Shown in pieces: positions 28,741 through 42,438 of a DNA stretch of 64,000 nucleotides. The notes under the pieces were generated by a model that saw only the letters and a program-made list of their open reading frames with translations, was not told the origin of the DNA and made no database searches. Within the stretch, counting starts at the first letter, position 1. Every line of letters begins with the position of its first letter. Made by a program: the position numbers and the translations under genes. Source of the DNA: Bacillota bacterium (GTDB lineage: Bacteria; Bacillota; UBA4882; UBA8346). Where the stretch lies: assembly GCA_035359995.1 (NCBI GenBank), contig DAORZT010000006.1, forward strand, positions 1-64,000. Direction: 5' to 3'.

Positions 28741-31700
28741 GTGAGTGGTTTGCAGAGTGTCTTAAAAGAAAGACGCGAACGTTTAAGTTTCGGCAAGATT
28801 AAAGAGATATTAGACATGCCGAATCTTATTGAAATTCAACAAAAGTCATACCAGTGGTTTTTGGACGAAGGACTACGGGAGATGTTTCGTGATATCTCAC
28901 CGATTCAGGATTTCACCGGTAATTTAGTACTTGAATTTGTCGATTATTCTCTGGGAGAGCCCAAATATCCGGTTGATGAGTGTAAAGAAAGAGATGTTAC
29001 ATTTGCTGCGCCTCTTAAAGTGCGTACGCGTCTAATTAACAAGGAAACTGGCGAAGTCAAAGAACAAGAAGTATTTATGGGTGATTTCCCATTAATGACT
29101 GAAAAAGGAACATTTGTTATTAATGGTGCTGAGCGGGTTATCGTCAGCCAATTGGTTCGTTCGCCCGGTGTGTATTTTGGAAGAACCCAGGATACCAGTG
29201 GAAAGATGATTTATTCGGCTAGTATAATTCCAAACCGGGGAGCTTGGCTGGAATTTGAGTTCGATGCAAATGATGTTTTATATGTAAGGATCGATCGAAC
29301 CCGAAAAATACCGGTAACCATTCTCTTAAAAGCATTGGGGCTTGGCAATAACTATGAACTACTAGAACTATTTGAAGGAAAAGAGAGTATCAAAAACACT
29401 TTAGAGCGAGATAATACTCAAAGTGAAGAAGAAGCACTGATTGAGATTTATAAAAAATTACGACCAGGCGAACCACCAACGGTGGATAGTGCCCGTTCGT
29501 TATTTGAAACATTATTCTTTGATCCGAAACGTTACGACTTAGCATCAGTAGGTCGTTATAAAATAAATAAGAAGTTAAGTCCGGTACCGATTGCTACAAA
29601 AGATATCAAATTGAATGTTGATGCTGCCGGTAATGAACTATCAGGACAAGATATCTTAAAGACCTTAACCAAAGATGATGTGGCTGAGGTTGTCAAATAT
29701 TTACTCAATTTATTAGAGGGAATCGGCGAAGTTGATGATATTGACCATCTGGGCAACCGAAGATTGAAATCTGTCGGTGAATTACTGCAAAATCAATTTC
29801 GAATCGGATTATCACGGATGGAGCGTGTTGTCCGTGAAAGAATGACGATTCAAGATGTTGAAGTAATTACACCGCAAGCTTTAATTAATATTCGACCGGT
29901 AGTAGCGTCAATTAAAGAATTTTTTGGATCCAGTCAGTTATCGCAATTTATGGATCAGACCAATCCATTAGCGGAGCTAACTCATAAAAGACGTCTTTCG
30001 GCATTAGGGCCGGGAGGATTGTCCAGAGAGCGCGCGGGATTTGAGGTTCGTGACGTTCACCATTCTCATTATGGCAGAACGTGTCCGATTGAGACTCCTG
30101 AAGGTCCGAATATTGGATTGATTGGTTCCTTAACAACCTATGCCAGAATTAACGAGTATGGTTTTATTGAAACACCATATCGTAAAGTTATTGACGGTAA
30201 AGTTACTGATGAAATTGTGTATTTAACTGCTGATGAAGAAGATAAGTATATTGTAGCCCAAGCTAACGAACAATTTGATCCGGAAACCAGACAATTTATT
30301 AATACACGTGTATCAGTTAGACATAAAGAAGATATTCGGGAAGTTCCAAGCAACCAAGTTCAACTGATGGACGTTTCTCCAAAACAGTTAGTAAGTATTG
30401 CGACTGCTTTGATTCCGTTTTTAGAGCATGATGATGCTAACCGGGCGCTAATGGGTTCCAACATGCAACGGCAAGCTGTTCCGTTACTAAGAACTGAAGC
30501 TCCGGTTGTTGGTACGGGAATGGAATATAAGGCTGCAGTAGATTCTGGAGTTGTGGTTGTTGCTAAAAACAAGGGTGTAGTTCAGAAAGTTACGGCTAAT
30601 GAAATACGGATTAAAACAGATAAGGGATTAGATGTTTATAAATTACTGAAATTCAAGCGTTCTAACCAAGGAACATGTTTTAATCAAAAACCAATTGTTA
30701 TGGAAGGTCAGATGGTGGAAGCTGGTGAAGTAATTGCTGACGGACCATCAACTGACAATGGTGAGCTCTCTTTAGGGAAAAATATTCTGGTTGCCTTTAT
30801 GCCTTGGGAAGGTTATAACTATGAAGATGCGATTTTAATCAGTGAAAAACTTGTCTATGATGATGTTTTTACCTCAATTCATATTGAAGAATATGAAGCA
30901 GAGGCACGTGATACAAAATTAGGGGCAGAAGAAATTACCAGGGATATTCCTAATGTTGGTGAAGGTGCTCTGGACGACCTTGACGAGAACGGAATTATCA
31001 GAATCGGAGCTGAAGTAAGACCGGGAGATATTTTGGTAGGTAAAGTTACTCCAAAAGGCGAAACCGAATTAACCGCTGAGGAGCGTTTATTACGGGCGAT
31101 TTTTGGTGAAAAAGCCCGGGAAGTAAGAGATACATCCTTGCGGGTGCCTCATGGTGAGTCCGGAAGAATTGTTGATGTCAAGGTCTTCTCACGTGAAAAT
31201 GGTGATGAGCTTGCACCGGGAGTAAATCGGTTAGTAAGAGTATATATTGCACAAAAACGTAAGATTTCAGAAGGAGATAAAATGGCAGGACGCCATGGTA
31301 ATAAAGGTGTAATTGCTAAAATATTACCAGTTGAAGATATGCCATTTTTACCAGACGGTACTCCGGTTGAGATTGTTTTAAATCCTTTAGGCGTTCCTTC
31401 CCGGATGAACATTGGGCAGGTATTGGAGACTCATTTAGGATGGGCGGCAAGAACATTAGGTCTTAATGTTGCTACTCCTGTTTTTAATGGAGCGACTGAA
31501 GAAGAACTAATTGATATGTTCAAAAAAGCCGGTCTTCCCGAAAACGGAAAAACAATTCTGTATGACGGACGTTCGGGAGAACCGTTTGATAAACCGGTAA
31601 CAGTGGGATATGTTTATATGTTGAAACTGGCCCACCTTGTTGATGATAAGATTCATGCCCGTTCTACCGGCCCTTATTCGTTGGTCACCCAACAACCACT

Positions 31701-32148
31701 GGGAGGAAAAGCCCAGTTTGGTGGCCAACGGTTTGGAGAGATGGAAGTTTGGGCTTTAGAAGCTTATGGAGCGGCCTACACTCTCCAAGAATTGTTAACC
31801 GTTAAATCGGACGACGTAATTGGTCGTGTCAAAACTTATGAGGCAATTGTCAAAGGTGAAAATGTTCCAGAACCAGGGGTTCCGGAATCATTTAAAGTAT
31901 TGATCAAAGAACTTCAGAGTCTCGGATTGGATGTCAAAGTCTTAACTGAGGAATCCGAAGAGGTACAGATCAAAGAAGATGAAGACGATGTCAAGGAGAT
32001 GGCCAGAGAACTGGGATTAGACATCGACGCCTCTCCAGATGGGTATTCTCCGGATGAGTCCGAAGATGATAGTTATGAGATTGAAGAAGAGGAAGAAGAA
32101 TTCGACGACAGTTTTGATGAAGAATTTGAAGAAGAGAATGTTAATTAA
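28741..32148 (+). CDS. rpoB: DNA-directed RNA polymerase subunit beta
   Basis: Full-length RpoB with a conserved N-terminus (PNLIEIQ..SY). The start is probably GTG 28741 or TTG 28750 after a GAGGTGAG RBS. Acidic C-terminal tail. Confidence 0.97.
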   Translation: MSGLQSVLKERRERLSFGKIKEILDMPNLIEIQQKSYQWFLDEGLREMFRDISPIQDFTGNLVLEFVDYSLGEPKYPVDECKERDVTFAAPLKVRTRLINKETGEVKEQEVFMGDFPLMTEKGTFVINGAERVIVSQLVRSPGVYFGRTQDTSGKMIYSASIIPNRGAWLEFEFDANDVLYVRIDRTRKIPVTILLKALGLGNNYELLELFEGKESIKNTLERDNTQSEEEALIEIYKKLRPGEPPTVDSARSLFETLFFDPKRYDLASVGRYKINKKLSPVPIATKDIKLNVDAAGNELSGQDILKTLTKDDVAEVVKYLLNLLEGIGEVDDIDHLGNRRLKSVGELLQNQFRIGLSRMERVVRERMTIQDVEVITPQALINIRPVVASIKEFFGSSQLSQFMDQTNPLAELTHKRRLSALGPGGLSRERAGFEVRDVHHSHYGRTCPIETPEGPNIGLIGSLTTYARINEYGFIETPYRKVIDGKVTDEIVYLTADEEDKYIVAQANEQFDPETRQFINTRVSVRHKEDIREVPSNQVQLMDVSPKQLVSIATALIPFLEHDDANRALMGSNMQRQAVPLLRTEAPVVGTGMEYKAAVDSGVVVVAKNKGVVQKVTANEIRIKTDKGLDVYKLLKFKRSNQGTCFNQKPIVMEGQMVEAGEVIADGPSTDNGELSLGKNILVAFMPWEGYNYEDAILISEKLVYDDVFTSIHIEEYEAEARDTKLGAEEITRDIPNVGEGALDDLDENGIIRIGAEVRPGDILVGKVTPKGETELTAEERLLRAIFGEKAREVRDTSLRVPHGESGRIVDVKVFSRENGDELAPGVNRLVRVYIAQKRKISEGDKMAGRHGNKGVIAKILPVEDMPFLPDGTPVEIVLNPLGVPSRMNIGQVLETHLGWAARTLGLNVATPVFNGATEEELIDMFKKAGLPENGKTILYDGRSGEPFDKPVTVGYVYMLKLAHLVDDKIHARSTGPYSLVTQQPLGGKAQFGGQRFGEMEVWALEAYGAAYTLQELLTVKSDDVIGRVKTYEAIVKGENVPEPGVPESFKVLIKELQSLGLDVKVLTEESEEVQIKEDEDDVKEMARELGLDIDASPDGYSPDESEDDSYEIEEEEEEFDDSFDEEFEEENVN

Positions 32149-32231
32149 AAGGCAATGTGTTTAAAAGAAATCTATTAAATTAGTACATTTCTATGGCAAT
32201 AGGAACACCTAATTATTAAGGAGGAATTCCC

Positions 32232-35200
32232 TTGCTGGATGCCAATAACTTTGATGCTCTTAAAATTGGATTAGCTTCACCGGAGCAGATCCGGGCTTGG
32301 TCAAGTGGTGAAGTGAAAAAACCGGAAACGATTAATTACCGTACTTTAAAACCAGAACGTGAAGGGTTGTTCTGTGAAAAAATCTTTGGTCCGCAACGAG
32401 ACTGGGAATGTCATTGTGGAAAATATAAGCGGGTAAGATATAAGGGTATTATCTGTGACCGTTGTGGAGTTGAAGTTACCCGTTCAAAAGTCAGACGTGA
32501 ACGATTAGGCCATATTGAACTTGCAGCCCCGGTATCACATATTTGGTACTTTAAGGGTATCCCAAGTCGGATGGGACTTTTGTTAGATATATCGCCACGT
32601 CATTTGGAAAAAGTTTTATATTTTGCTTCCTATATTGTGGTTGATCCAGGCAATACTCCACTAATTAAGAAGCAGTTACTTTCGGAGAATGAATACCGCG
32701 AAGCACGTGAAAAGTATGGCCAAAATTTTAGAGCTTTAATGGGTGCTGAGGCTATTAAAGAATTATTGATTGAGATTGACCTTGAAAAATTAGCCAGTGA
32801 ACTTAAGAAAGAAGTAAGAGAAGTCAGTGGCCAACGCCGAATCAGAGCGATTCGCAGGCTGGAGGTAGTAGAATCATTTAGAAAGTCCAGCAGTCGTCCT
32901 GAATGGATGATTATGGATGTTATTCCTGTTATTCCTCCAGAGTTGCGCCCGATGGTTCAGCTAGATGGCGGTCGGTTCGCAACATCGGACTTGAATGACT
33001 TATACCGTCGGGTAATTAACCGTAATAACCGTTTAAAACGATTACTCGAATTAGGTGCTCCGGATATTATCGTCCGCAACGAAAAAAGGATGCTGCAGGA
33101 AGCTGTTGACGCCTTGATTGATAACGGACGTCGCGGCAGACCGGTAACCGGTCCTGGAAATCGTCCGCTTAAATCTTTAAGTGATATGTTAAAAGGAAAA
33201 CAGGGAAGATTCCGTCAAAATTTATTGGGTAAACGGGTTGACTATTCCGGCCGTTCAGTTATTGTTGTCGGTCCGGAACTGAAATTACATCAATGTGGTT
33301 TGCCTAAAGAGATGGCTTTGGAATTATTTAAGCCGTTTGTAATGAAACGATTAGTTGATAAAGGATTTGTCCATAACATCAAGAGTGCAAAACGGATGGT
33401 GGAGCGAGTCCGTACGGAGGTATGGGACGTTCTGGAAGAGGTTATTCACGAACATCCGGTTCTGTTAAACCGTGCTCCAACCTTGCACCGATTAGGAATT
33501 CAAGCATTCGAACCGGTATTGGTCGAAGGAAGAGCAATTCAAATTCATCCTTTAGTTTGTACTGCTTATAATGCTGACTTTGACGGTGACCAAATGGCGG
33601 TTCATGTACCGTTGTCAACCGAGGCACAAGCAGAAGCCAGAATTTTAATGTTATCAGCGCATAATATCTTGTCTCCGGCGAATGGACGACCAATTGCTAC
33701 GCCAACTCAAGATATGGTATTGGGATGTTACTATTTAACAATAATGCGGGAAAACGCTATTGGTGAGGGGAAAGTATTCGCAAGTGCTGAGGAAGTTTAT
33801 GCCGCTTATGAGGCAAAAGCTGTTGAACTGCATGCTAAGATCAAATATAAATTGAATGGCCAATATATTGAAACCACTCCTGGTAGAGTGATCTTTAATG
33901 ACCGGGTACAACTAGATTTGGATCCCGATCCGGTGGCTAATTTTCAGTTAACCAATTGTGTTATTGATCGTGGGAAACTAGGACAGATCGTTGGAAAATG
34001 TGCTAGGACCCATAGTGTGGCCAAAACTGCAGTAATTCTCGACCAGATCAAACGTCTTGGTTTCCGATTTGCAACTCAATCAGGGACCACAATTGGGATG
34101 GAAGACATTACTGTTCCAAAAGAAAAAGCTACCATTTTGGCTGATGCCGAAAAGCAAGTAGAACAAGTTGAAGAACAATTCCGACATGGTCTGATCACCA
34201 GTGAAGAGCGTTACCAGATGTTTATTGACATTTGGACAAAGGCAAAAGAGCAAGTTACCACAGCAATGAACAAGACGATGGATAAAGTTACTAATCCGGT
34301 TTACATGATGTCGATCTCCGGTGCCCGTGGTAACCCATCGCAATTAGCACAGCTAGCCGGAATGCGTGGACTGATGACAGACCCATCAGGTCGAATTATT
34401 GACTTACCAATTAGAGCAAATTTCCGTGAAGGTTTAACAGTTTTGGAATTCTTTATTTCAACTCACGGTGCTCGTAAGGGTTTGGCTGATACAGCGTTAC
34501 GTACAGCTGACTCCGGATATTTAACCCGAAGATTAGTTGACGTTGCTCAAGATGTAATTGTCCGTGAGGTCGATTGTGGTACTACGGATGGAATCGTAGT
34601 AAGTTCGATTGTCGAAGGAAACGAAGAGATCGAGAAATTACGTGAACGTATCATTGGTCGGCTTGCAGCTGAAGATATTTATGATCCTAATACCAATGAA
34701 TTAATTGTGGCTGCTAATGAGGAGATTAATGAAGAGATTGCTGACCAGATTGATAAAGCCGGAATCAAACAATTGAAGATTAGATCGGTATTGACATGTC
34801 GCAGCCGTTATGGTGTATGTATTAAATGTTACGGTCGAAATCTGGCTACAGGTAAATTGGTTGATGTTGGTGAAGCAGTTGGAATTATCGCTGCTCAATC
34901 AATTGGAGAACCTGGAACACAGTTAACAATGAGAACATTCCACACTGGCGGTGTTGCTGGAGATGACATTACTCAAGGTTTACCGCGTGTTGAGGAGCTA
35001 TTTGAAGCCCGAAAACCAAAAGGTCAAGCAATTATCAGTGAAAACTCGGGTATTTGTAAGATTAACGAGGTAAAGGGAGTAAGAAAAATCACCGTTATTT
35101 CTGATGATGGTGAAGAAAAAACCTATCAAGTTCCATTTGGCTCAAGAATTAAAGTGAAAGAAGGAACCAGGGTTGACGCTGGTGATCTGTTAACTGAAGG

Positions 35201-35687
35201 TTCAGCTAATCCGCATGATATTTTAAAAGTAAAAGGAATCCAAGGGGTTCAGGTCTATCTGGTTCAAGAAGTTCAAAATGTTTACCGTTCGCAAGGTGTT
35301 TGGATCAATGATAAGCATATTGAAGTTACAGTAAGACAGATGCTACGTAAACGTAAGGTTGAAACAGCAGGAGACACGGATTTACTTCCAGGCGGACTGG
35401 TAGACATCTTTGAACTCGAAGATGAGAATGCCAGAGTTGAGGCAATTGGCGGTGAACCTGCAACTGCAAGACCGGTATTGCTTGGAATTACTAAAGCTTC
35501 ATTAGCGACGGATAGTTTCTTGTCAGCAGCATCGTTCCAAGAAACAACCAGAGTATTAACTGAAGCCTCAATTAAAGGTAAGGTAGATCCGCTTTTAGGA
35601 TTAAAAGAAAATGTGATCATTGGAAAGCTGGTCCCTGCCGGAACTGGAATGTCACGTTATCGCAATGTTAAAATAGTAACTGAATAA
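32232..35687 (+). CDS. rpoC: DNA-directed RNA polymerase subunit beta'
   Basis: TTG start after GGAGG. Zn-finger [23 protein letters not shown] and catalytic NADFDGD. Confidence 0.97.
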   Translation: MLDANNFDALKIGLASPEQIRAWSSGEVKKPETINYRTLKPEREGLFCEKIFGPQRDWECHCGKYKRVRYKGIICDRCGVEVTRSKVRRERLGHIELAAPVSHIWYFKGIPSRMGLLLDISPRHLEKVLYFASYIVVDPGNTPLIKKQLLSENEYREAREKYGQNFRALMGAEAIKELLIEIDLEKLASELKKEVREVSGQRRIRAIRRLEVVESFRKSSSRPEWMIMDVIPVIPPELRPMVQLDGGRFATSDLNDLYRRVINRNNRLKRLLELGAPDIIVRNEKRMLQEAVDALIDNGRRGRPVTGPGNRPLKSLSDMLKGKQGRFRQNLLGKRVDYSGRSVIVVGPELKLHQCGLPKEMALELFKPFVMKRLVDKGFVHNIKSAKRMVERVRTEVWDVLEEVIHEHPVLLNRAPTLHRLGIQAFEPVLVEGRAIQIHPLVCTAYNADFDGDQMAVHVPLSTEAQAEARILMLSAHNILSPANGRPIATPTQDMVLGCYYLTIMRENAIGEGKVFASAEEVYAAYEAKAVELHAKIKYKLNGQYIETTPGRVIFNDRVQLDLDPDPVANFQLTNCVIDRGKLGQIVGKCARTHSVAKTAVILDQIKRLGFRFATQSGTTIGMEDITVPKEKATILADAEKQVEQVEEQFRHGLITSEERYQMFIDIWTKAKEQVTTAMNKTMDKVTNPVYMMSISGARGNPSQLAQLAGMRGLMTDPSGRIIDLPIRANFREGLTVLEFFISTHGARKGLADTALRTADSGYLTRRLVDVAQDVIVREVDCGTTDGIVVSSIVEGNEEIEKLRERIIGRLAAEDIYDPNTNELIVAANEEINEEIADQIDKAGIKQLKIRSVLTCRSRYGVCIKCYGRNLATGKLVDVGEAVGIIAAQSIGEPGTQLTMRTFHTGGVAGDDITQGLPRVEELFEARKPKGQAIISENSGICKINEVKGVRKITVISDDGEEKTYQVPFGSRIKVKEGTRVDAGDLLTEGSANPHDILKVKGIQGVQVYLVQEVQNVYRSQGVWINDKHIEVTVRQMLRKRKVETAGDTDLLPGGLVDIFELEDENARVEAIGGEPATARPVLLGITKASLATDSFLSAASFQETTRVLTEASIKGKVDPLLGLKENVIIGKLVPAGTGMSRYRNVKIVTE

Positions 35688-35706
35688 TTAAGAAAATGAG
35701 AAAATT

Positions 35707-35735
35707 CTTGACACTATTGATAATTGGTGCTAAAA
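35707..35735 (+). promoter_or_regulatory. Sigma-A promoter TTGACA-N17-TAAAAT (str operon)
   Basis: ttgaca at 35707-35712 and taaaat at 35730-35735. Confidence 0.65.
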
Positions 35736-35788
35736 TGTAAAAGTGTCTGATTTCAAGCCTTTTAGCGCTTATATAAGCTGGAGATGAT

Positions 35789-36055
35789 ATGGTACAGTCG
35801 ATTATAAATGTTAAATCGCTTCGAGAAAATCCAAATAAAGTAATAGGATTAAAACAGACGCTTAGGGCTATCCAACAGGATAATGTAAAAGCAGTATATA
35901 TTGCGAATGACCTGGATGAACATGTGATTCGTAAAATTACTGAACCTTGTAATGAAAAAAAGATTCCTTTATTAATGGTGAATTTGAGTAAAAAAGAATT
36001 TGGGAAACTTTGTCAAATTGAAGTGGGAGCGGCGGTTGTCGCTCTCCTCAAATAG
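35789..36055 (+). CDS. L7Ae-family ribosomal protein (RplGB/YbxF-like, K-turn binding)
   Basis: ~88 aa between rpoC and rpsL, as ybxF is in B. subtilis. L7Ae fold motif ([12 protein letters not shown]...). Confidence 0.8.
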   Translation: MVQSIINVKSLRENPNKVIGLKQTLRAIQQDNVKAVYIANDLDEHVIRKITEPCNEKKIPLLMVNLSKKEFGKLCQIEVGAAVVALLK

Positions 36056-36089
36056 ATGTTGGTCTGTTATTTGGAAGGAGGTGGGCTGT

Positions 36090-36524
36090 GTGCCAACGAT
36101 TAATCAATTAATTCGACATGGTCGGCAAGTAGTTTCTAAAAAGAGCACTGCCCCTGCATTGGGATGGTCTTACAATGTAAATAAGGAACAGATGGTTAAA
36201 ACTGACGGTAGTCCTCAAAAAAGAGGTGTCTGTACCCGTGTTTCAACAGTAACACCTAAAAAACCTAATTCTGCATTAAGAAAAGTTGCAAGGGTTAGAC
36301 TGACCAATAGAATGGAAGTTACTGCTTACATCCCGGGAGAAGGGCATAACCTTCAAGAACACTCAGTAGTTTTGATCAGGGGTGGTCGTGTTAAGGATCT
36401 ACCTGGTGTTCGTTATCACATTGTGAGAGGAACTCTTGATACTGCTGGAGTGCAAAATCGCAAACAAGGCAGATCAAAGTATGGGGCTAAAAAGCCAAAG
36501 GTTGCTGCTACTAAGAAGAAGTAA
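36090..36524 (+). CDS. rpsL: 30S ribosomal protein S12
   Basis: GTG start after [24 protein letters not shown]-terminus. The ORF-track N-terminal extension from 36000 is not coding. Confidence 0.95.
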   Translation: MPTINQLIRHGRQVVSKKSTAPALGWSYNVNKEQMVKTDGSPQKRGVCTRVSTVTPKKPNSALRKVARVRLTNRMEVTAYIPGEGHNLQEHSVVLIRGGRVKDLPGVRYHIVRGTLDTAGVQNRKQGRSKYGAKKPKVAATKKK

Positions 36525-36538
36525 GGAGGGGTATTTAC

Positions 36539-37009
36539 GTGCCACGTCGAGGTTGGGTATCTAAAAGAGAATTAATTGCAGATCCTATTTACGGAAGCAC
36601 TCAAATAACCCAATTTATCAATAAATTGATGATTGATGGTAAAAAAGGTGTAGCCGAATCGATTTTTTATGGTGCAATGGAAATTATCTCGGAGAGATCA
36701 GGTAAAGATCCGCTTGAGGTTTTTGACACTGCATTAAAAAATGTAATGCCGGTATTGGAAGTAAAACCGCGCAGGGTTGGTGGAGCGACATACCAAGTTC
36801 CTGTTGAGGTCCGTCCTGAACGTCGTTTGGCGTTGGCGATAAGATGGATCGTTGCTTATGCGAGGTTGCGTGGTGAAAAAACAATGAGAGAGAAACTCGC
36901 GGCTGAACTTTTGGATGCTTCGAATGGTGTTGGAAGTTCGATTAAGAAGCGCGAAGACACTCATAAAATGGCAGAAGCCAACAAGGCATTTGCTCATTAT
37001 CGTTGGTAA
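36539..37009 (+). CDS. rpsG: 30S ribosomal protein S7
   Basis: GTG start. S7 family. Confidence 0.97.
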   Translation: MPRRGWVSKRELIADPIYGSTQITQFINKLMIDGKKGVAESIFYGAMEIISERSGKDPLEVFDTALKNVMPVLEVKPRRVGGATYQVPVEVRPERRLALAIRWIVAYARLRGEKTMREKLAAELLDASNGVGSSIKKREDTHKMAEANKAFAHYRW

Positions 37010-37073
37010 TGAAGTCACAACCCGCTTTTTCGAAAAAATAATTCAAGCATAGGGTTTTGTGGGGGTAATAAAC

Positions 37074-39146
37074 GTGCCTAGAAAATTTCCATTAGATAAA
37101 GTAAGAAATATCGGAATCATGGCTCATATTGATGCTGGTAAAACGACAACTACAGAGCGGATTCTGTTTTATACCGGTAAGGTTCACCGGTTTGGTGAGG
37201 TTCATGATGGTGCAGCCACAATGGACTGGATGGTCCAAGAACAAGAACGAGGGATAACAATTACCTCGGCTGCTACAACCTGCGAATGGAAAGGTCATAA
37301 TATTAACATTATCGACACGCCCGGACACGTGGACTTTACTGTTGAGGTAGAACGTTCCTTGCGGGTGTTGGATGGAGCAGTTGCGGTTTTCTGTTCGGTT
37401 GGTGGTGTTGAGCCGCAATCCGAGACGGTTTGGAGACAAGCTGACAAATATGGTGTACCCAGAATTGCTTTTATTAATAAAATGGACCGAATTGGAGCGG
37501 ATTTTTTCAGAGGCGTCGAGATGATTCGTACCAGATTGGGAGCGAATCCGGTGCCGATCCAAATACCAATTGGTTCCGAAGATAAATTTCAAGGTGTAGT
37601 TGATTTAGTAACCAAAAAAGCAATTATTTATGTTGACGACCTTGGTACCAAAAGTGAACAAACGGAAGTTCCGGCTGATTTAGTAGAGATTGTTGAAGAA
37701 TATCATACTAAATTGGTTGAAGCCGTAGCGGAAACGGATGAGGAATTGATGATGAAGTACTTGGAGGGAGAAGCCTTAACCGAAGAAGAGATTAAGGTGG
37801 GAATCCGTAAAGGAACTTTATCAATCCAGTTCACTCCGGTATTGTGTGGTTCATCGTTTAAAAATAAGGGCGTACAAATGTTATTGGATGCGATTGTTGA
37901 TTATATGCCTTCGCCGTTGGATTTACCACCGGTAACCGGACAATTACCGGGGGATGGAGAAGAAGCGGTAAGAAATGCTTCTGATGATGAACCTTTTGCA
38001 GGTTTGGCGTTTAAAATTATGGCAGATCCTTATGTTGGTAAGCTAGCGTTCTTTAGAGTTTATTCCGGAACACTAAAATCAGGTTCATATGTAATAAATT
38101 CAACCAAAAATAAGCGCGAACGTGTTGGAAGAATCTTAAGAATGCATGCTAATCACCGAGAAGAAATTGATCAAGTATTTGCAGGTGATATTGCGGCGAT
38201 TGTCGGATTAAAGGATACTACTACCGGTGATACTCTTTGTGATGAAAAGAATCAAATTATTCTTGAAGCCATGGAATTCCCGGAACCGGTTATTGATATT
38301 GCGATTGAGCCAAAGACAAAAGCTGATCAAGATAAATTAGGCTTATCGTTAGCGCGTTTGGCGGAAGAGGATCCGACATTCCGAGTTCATACTGATCATG
38401 AAACCGGTCAGACCATTATTTCCGGAATGGGTGAATTGCATCTGGAGATTATTGTTGACCGTTTAATGAGAGAGTTTAAAGTAGATGCAAATGTCGGTAA
38501 ACCACAGGTTGCCTATCGTGAAACGATTAGATCCACTGTTAAGACCGAAGGTAAATTTGTCCGTCAGTCTGGTGGACGTGGTCAATTTGGTCATGTTTGG
38601 TTAGAACTTGAACCATTAGAACCTGGAGCAGGATTCCAGTTTGAGAATAAGATTGTTGGCGGTGTTGTACCTAAGGAATACATTCCTGCAGTTGAAAATG
38701 GAGTTAAAGATGCGATGGCAAATGGTGTTTTGGCAGGATATCCGATGGTAGACATTAAAGTAACAATTTTTGATGGTTCTTATCATGAGGTTGACTCTTC
38801 AGAAATGGCATTTAAAGTGGCCGGTTCGATGGCGTTTAAAGATGGCGCCAAGAAAGCCAACCCGGTTCTGCTCGAACCAATCATGAAGGTTGAAATTGTA
38901 ACTCCTGAAGAATATATGGGAGATATTATGGGAGATTTCAATTCACGACGTGGAAGAATTGAAGGAATGGAAGCCCGAGCAGGAGCGCAAGTGATTCGAG
39001 GCCATGTGCCTTTATCCGAGATGTTTGGATATGCAACAACTATTCGGTCGATATCACAAGGAAGAGCAACTTATGTAATGACATTCTCACATTATGATGA
39101 GGTACCAAGAAATATCGCCGAGACAATAATCAGTCAAACAAATTAA
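37074..39146 (+). CDS. fusA: Elongation factor G
   Basis: G-domain [21 protein letters not shown]. Probable GTG start at 37074 after GGGGGT. Confidence 0.97.
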   Translation: MPRKFPLDKVRNIGIMAHIDAGKTTTTERILFYTGKVHRFGEVHDGAATMDWMVQEQERGITITSAATTCEWKGHNINIIDTPGHVDFTVEVERSLRVLDGAVAVFCSVGGVEPQSETVWRQADKYGVPRIAFINKMDRIGADFFRGVEMIRTRLGANPVPIQIPIGSEDKFQGVVDLVTKKAIIYVDDLGTKSEQTEVPADLVEIVEEYHTKLVEAVAETDEELMMKYLEGEALTEEEIKVGIRKGTLSIQFTPVLCGSSFKNKGVQMLLDAIVDYMPSPLDLPPVTGQLPGDGEEAVRNASDDEPFAGLAFKIMADPYVGKLAFFRVYSGTLKSGSYVINSTKNKRERVGRILRMHANHREEIDQVFAGDIAAIVGLKDTTTGDTLCDEKNQIILEAMEFPEPVIDIAIEPKTKADQDKLGLSLARLAEEDPTFRVHTDHETGQTIISGMGELHLEIIVDRLMREFKVDANVGKPQVAYRETIRSTVKTEGKFVRQSGGRGQFGHVWLELEPLEPGAGFQFENKIVGGVVPKEYIPAVENGVKDAMANGVLAGYPMVDIKVTIFDGSYHEVDSSEMAFKVAGSMAFKDGAKKANPVLLEPIMKVEIVTPEEYMGDIMGDFNSRRGRIEGMEARAGAQVIRGHVPLSEMFGYATTIRSISQGRATYVMTFSHYDEVPRNIAETIISQTN

Positions 39147-39165
39147 TAATTTAAATTAAAATGAT

Positions 39166-40395
39166 GATTTAAAGGAGGAAAAGAATAAATGGCAAAGCAA
39201 AAGTTCGAACGAACCAAACCGCACGTAAATATTGGAACAATTGGTCACGTAGACCATGGAAAAACAACATCAACAGCAGCGATTACAATGGTGTTATCAA
39301 AAGCCGGTCAAGCAAACTTCATCAAATTTGATGAGATTGACAAAGCACCAGAAGAAAGAGAACGCGGAATTACCATCAATACCGCACACGTTGAATATGA
39401 AACCGAGAATCGTCACTATGCACACGTAGACTGCCCAGGGCATGCTGACTATGTAAAGAACATGATTACCGGAGCAGCCCAGATGGATGGAGCAATCTTG
39501 GTAGTATCAGCAGCAGACGGACCAATGCCACAAACCCGTGAGCACATCTTGTTAGCCCGTCAGGTAGGTGTTCCATCCATTGTAGTATGGATGAACAAAG
39601 CAGATATGGTAGATGATCCGGAATTATTAGAGCTTGTCGAGATGGAGATCAGAGATTTATTATCAGCCTATGAGTTCCCAGGGGACGAGATTCCGGTAGT
39701 AAGAGGATCAGGTTTAAAAGCAATGGAATGCGGTTGTGGTGGAAGAGAATGTCCGAACTGCGGGCCAATCTGGAAGTTGATGGATGCAGTAGATGCATAT
39801 ATTCCGACCCCGGAACGTGCAACCGATAAACCGTTCTTAATGCCAGTCGAAGACGTATTTACCATTACCGGACGTGGAACAGTAGCGACCGGGAGAGTAG
39901 AAAGAGGAGTAGTAAAAGTCGGAGACGAAGTCCAAATCATTGGCTTATCGGAAGAAGTTAAAAAGACAGTAATTACCGGAGTAGAGATGTTCCGTAAATT
40001 ACTTGACCAAGCAGTAGCAGGAGATAATATTGGAGTATTACTGCGTGGAGTAGAAAGAAAAGACATTGAACGTGGTCAAGTATTAGCGAAACCGGGTTCA
40101 ATCACACCGCATACTAAATTTGAAGGCGAAGTATACGTCTTAACTAAAGAAGAAGGCGGACGTCATACCCCATTCTTCAATGGATACCGTCCACAGTTTT
40201 ATTTTAGAACAACCGACGTAACCGGAGTAGCCAACTTACCAGAAGGCGTAGAGATGGTAATGCCTGGAGATAACATTAAGATGTCGATTGAATTAATTAC
40301 TCCGATTGCAATGGAAGAAGGATTGCGGTTTGCGATTCGTGAAGGCGGACGTACCGTCGGTGCTGGTGTTGTTACTAAAATTATTGAATAATTAA
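39166..40395 (+). repeat. Second copy of the 1.23-kb tuf direct repeat
   Basis: See 23526-24755. Confidence 0.85.
39189..40391 (+). CDS. tuf: Elongation factor Tu, copy 2 (identical to copy 1)
   Basis: Identical 400-aa product. Canonical position after fusA. Confidence 0.97.
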   Translation: MAKQKFERTKPHVNIGTIGHVDHGKTTSTAAITMVLSKAGQANFIKFDEIDKAPEERERGITINTAHVEYETENRHYAHVDCPGHADYVKNMITGAAQMDGAILVVSAADGPMPQTREHILLARQVGVPSIVVWMNKADMVDDPELLELVEMEIRDLLSAYEFPGDEIPVVRGSGLKAMECGCGGRECPNCGPIWKLMDAVDAYIPTPERATDKPFLMPVEDVFTITGRGTVATGRVERGVVKVGDEVQIIGLSEEVKKTVITGVEMFRKLLDQAVAGDNIGVLLRGVERKDIERGQVLAKPGSITPHTKFEGEVYVLTKEEGGRHTPFFNGYRPQFYFRTTDVTGVANLPEGVEMVMPGDNIKMSIELITPIAMEEGLRFAIREGGRTVGAGVVTKIIE

Positions 40396-40397
40396 TA

Positions 40398-40426
40398 ATG
40401 AACGGATTTTAAATCCGTTCCTACCT
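40398..40426 (+). terminator. Hairpin after tuf copy 2 (attenuator/terminator)
   Basis: aacggattttaaatccgtt followed by cctacc. The U-tract is weak. Confidence 0.4.
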
Positions 40427-40472
40427 AATAAAAAATACCAATGTTATTGGATAATTAGAGGAGGGAAAAATA

Positions 40473-40781
40473 ATGGCCGCTCAAAAGATCCGAATCCGTC
40501 TCAAAGCATTTGACCATAAATTACTTGATCAATCTGCAGAAAAAATTGTAGAGACGGCAAAACGGACCGGAGCTTATGTCTCAGGGCCCATTCCACTTCC
40601 AACTGAAAAAAATATATATACAATCCTCAGATCAGTTCATATTGATAAAGATTCTCGTGAACAATTTGAAATGAGGACTCATAAACGACTGATCGATATT
40701 TTAGATCCAAGTTCAAAAACTGTGGATGCGTTGATGAGATTAGATTTACCAGCTGGAGTCGATATTGAAATTAAACTGTAA
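40473..40781 (+). CDS. rpsJ: 30S ribosomal protein S10
   Basis: S10 family. Confidence 0.97.
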   Translation: MAAQKIRIRLKAFDHKLLDQSAEKIVETAKRTGAYVSGPIPLPTEKNIYTILRSVHIDKDSREQFEMRTHKRLIDILDPSSKTVDALMRLDLPAGVDIEIKL

Positions 40782-40824
40782 ATAAATTATCCTTTTGAAG
40801 GATGTTTTTAAGGAGGTGCAAGCA

Positions 40825-41460
40825 ATGGCCAAGGGTATTTTAGGAAAGAAAATTGGAATGACTCAAGTGTTTAGCCCTGCAGGACGTGCGGTTCCTGTGA
40901 CCGTCGTTGAGGCCGGTCCTTGCGTGGTAATTCAGAAAAAAACAGTGGCAACTGATGGATATGATGCGATTCAACTTGGCTTCGATCCTAAAAAAGAACG
41001 CTTAGTTAATAAACCGATGAAAGGCCACTTTAAGAAAGCAGGAGTAGGGCCATATCGTTTTATAAAAGAAATAAGGGTATCACCTGAGGAATCATATGAT
41101 TTGGGTCAGGAGATTAAAGCTGATATCTTTAATGAAGGCGAATGGGTTGACGTTACTGGAATTTCAAAAGGTAAGGGATTCGCTGGAGTAATTAAAAGAT
41201 GGAACTTTAATCGGGCACCGATGGAACATGGTTCGATGTATCATCGACGACCTGGATCATTGAATGCAACTGATCCTGCCAGAGTCTTTAAAGGAAGAAA
41301 ACTTCCTGGAAGACTGGGTGGAGAACGTACCACTATTCAAGGACTTCAAGTTGTAAAAGTTGATCCTGAAAGAAATGTGTTACTGATTAAAGGTGCTATA
41401 CCTGGTGCTAATGGTGCATATGTCGTGGTTAAGAAAACTGTTAAACGTGCTAAACAGTAA
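40825..41460 (+). CDS. rplC: 50S ribosomal protein L3
   Basis: ATG at 40825 after AAGGAGGTG. The ORF-track start 40795 is upstream of the RBS. Confidence 0.95.
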   Translation: MAKGILGKKIGMTQVFSPAGRAVPVTVVEAGPCVVIQKKTVATDGYDAIQLGFDPKKERLVNKPMKGHFKKAGVGPYRFIKEIRVSPEESYDLGQEIKADIFNEGEWVDVTGISKGKGFAGVIKRWNFNRAPMEHGSMYHRRPGSLNATDPARVFKGRKLPGRLGGERTTIQGLQVVKVDPERNVLLIKGAIPGANGAYVVVKKTVKRAKQ

Positions 41461-41485
41461 GTGAATTGTTAGAGGAGGAAATACG

Positions 41486-42106
41486 ATGCCAACCGTACCT
41501 GTATATAATATTCAGGGTTCACAGGTAGGTGAAGTCGCCCTAAATGACCTGGTTTTTGGCGTAAAAGTAAATGAAGCATTGTTGCACGAAGCAGTCACTA
41601 TGCAACTTGCATCAAGAAGACTAGGGACTTCAGCAGTAAAGAATCGATCCGCTGTTAGAGGCGGTGGACGCAAACCTTGGCGTCAAAAAGGAACAGGTCA
41701 AGCAAGACATGGGTCAAGACGCTCACCGATATGGACTGGCGGTGGAGTTGTATTCGGGCCAACACCCCGGAGTTATAAGTTTAGTTTGCCTAAAAAAGCA
41801 CGCAAACTTGCTTTAAAATCAGCTCTTTCTGCTAAAGTCGAAGCTGGTGAAATCATAGTATTAGATGCTTTGAATTTCACAGAACCAAAAACAAAGAATA
41901 TGGTAAATGTCTTAAATAAATTAAATGCGATCAAACCTTTAATTGTTACCGCAGACAACGAGGAAAATGTAAATAAGTCTGCACGTAACATTCCAGGTGT
42001 ACTTTCAATGGCTAGCGAAGGAATTAATGTATATGATATCTTAGCTCACAACCATTTGGTCATTACAAAAGACGCCGTGAAAAAGATTGAGGAGGCGTTA
42101 GCATAA
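41486..42106 (+). CDS. rplD: 50S ribosomal protein L4
   Basis: L4 family. Confidence 0.97.
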   Translation: MPTVPVYNIQGSQVGEVALNDLVFGVKVNEALLHEAVTMQLASRRLGTSAVKNRSAVRGGGRKPWRQKGTGQARHGSRRSPIWTGGGVVFGPTPRSYKFSLPKKARKLALKSALSAKVEAGEIIVLDALNFTEPKTKNMVNVLNKLNAIKPLIVTADNEENVNKSARNIPGVLSMASEGINVYDILAHNHLVITKDAVKKIEEALA

Positions 42107-42390
42107 TGGAAGCAAGAGAATTAATTAAACGACCGTTAATTACTGAAAAAACAACAATGTTGATGGAAGAAAACAAATATTGTTTTCTAGTAGATCCTAG
42201 AGCTAATAAAACACAAATTCGCATGGCTATTGAAGAAATCTTCAAAGTTAAGGTTAAAGATGTTAATACCTACAATATGTTGGGTAAAGTCAAAAGAATG
42301 GGTCGCTACCAAGGACGTCGTCCTAGTTGGAAACGAGCCATAGTTACTTTGGAAGAAGGAAGTCGTATCGAATTTTTTGAAGGTGTGTAA
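42106..42390 (+). CDS. rplW: 50S ribosomal protein L23
   Basis: L23 family. Confidence 0.97.
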   Translation: MEARELIKRPLITEKTTMLMEENKYCFLVDPRANKTQIRMAIEEIFKVKVKDVNTYNMLGKVKRMGRYQGRRPSWKRAIVTLEEGSRIEFFEGV

Positions 42391-42438
42391 TTTTACGAAG
42401 ATAAAACAAGGAATTAATCATTTAAGGGGGTCAGGAAG

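Noticed and set aside
29556-35620. Multiple 60-112-aa minus-strand ORFs inside rpoB and rpoC
   Set aside because: Antisense frame-shadows within long conserved genes.
36000-36089. N-terminal 30-codon extension of rpsL in the ORF track (likewise rplC 40795, rplV 43579, rplE 46310, cysE 9876, fusA 37059, rplP 44603)
   Set aside because: The canonical protein N-termini begin at internal start codons preceded by perfect GGAGG-type RBSs. The extensions lie upstream of those RBSs.
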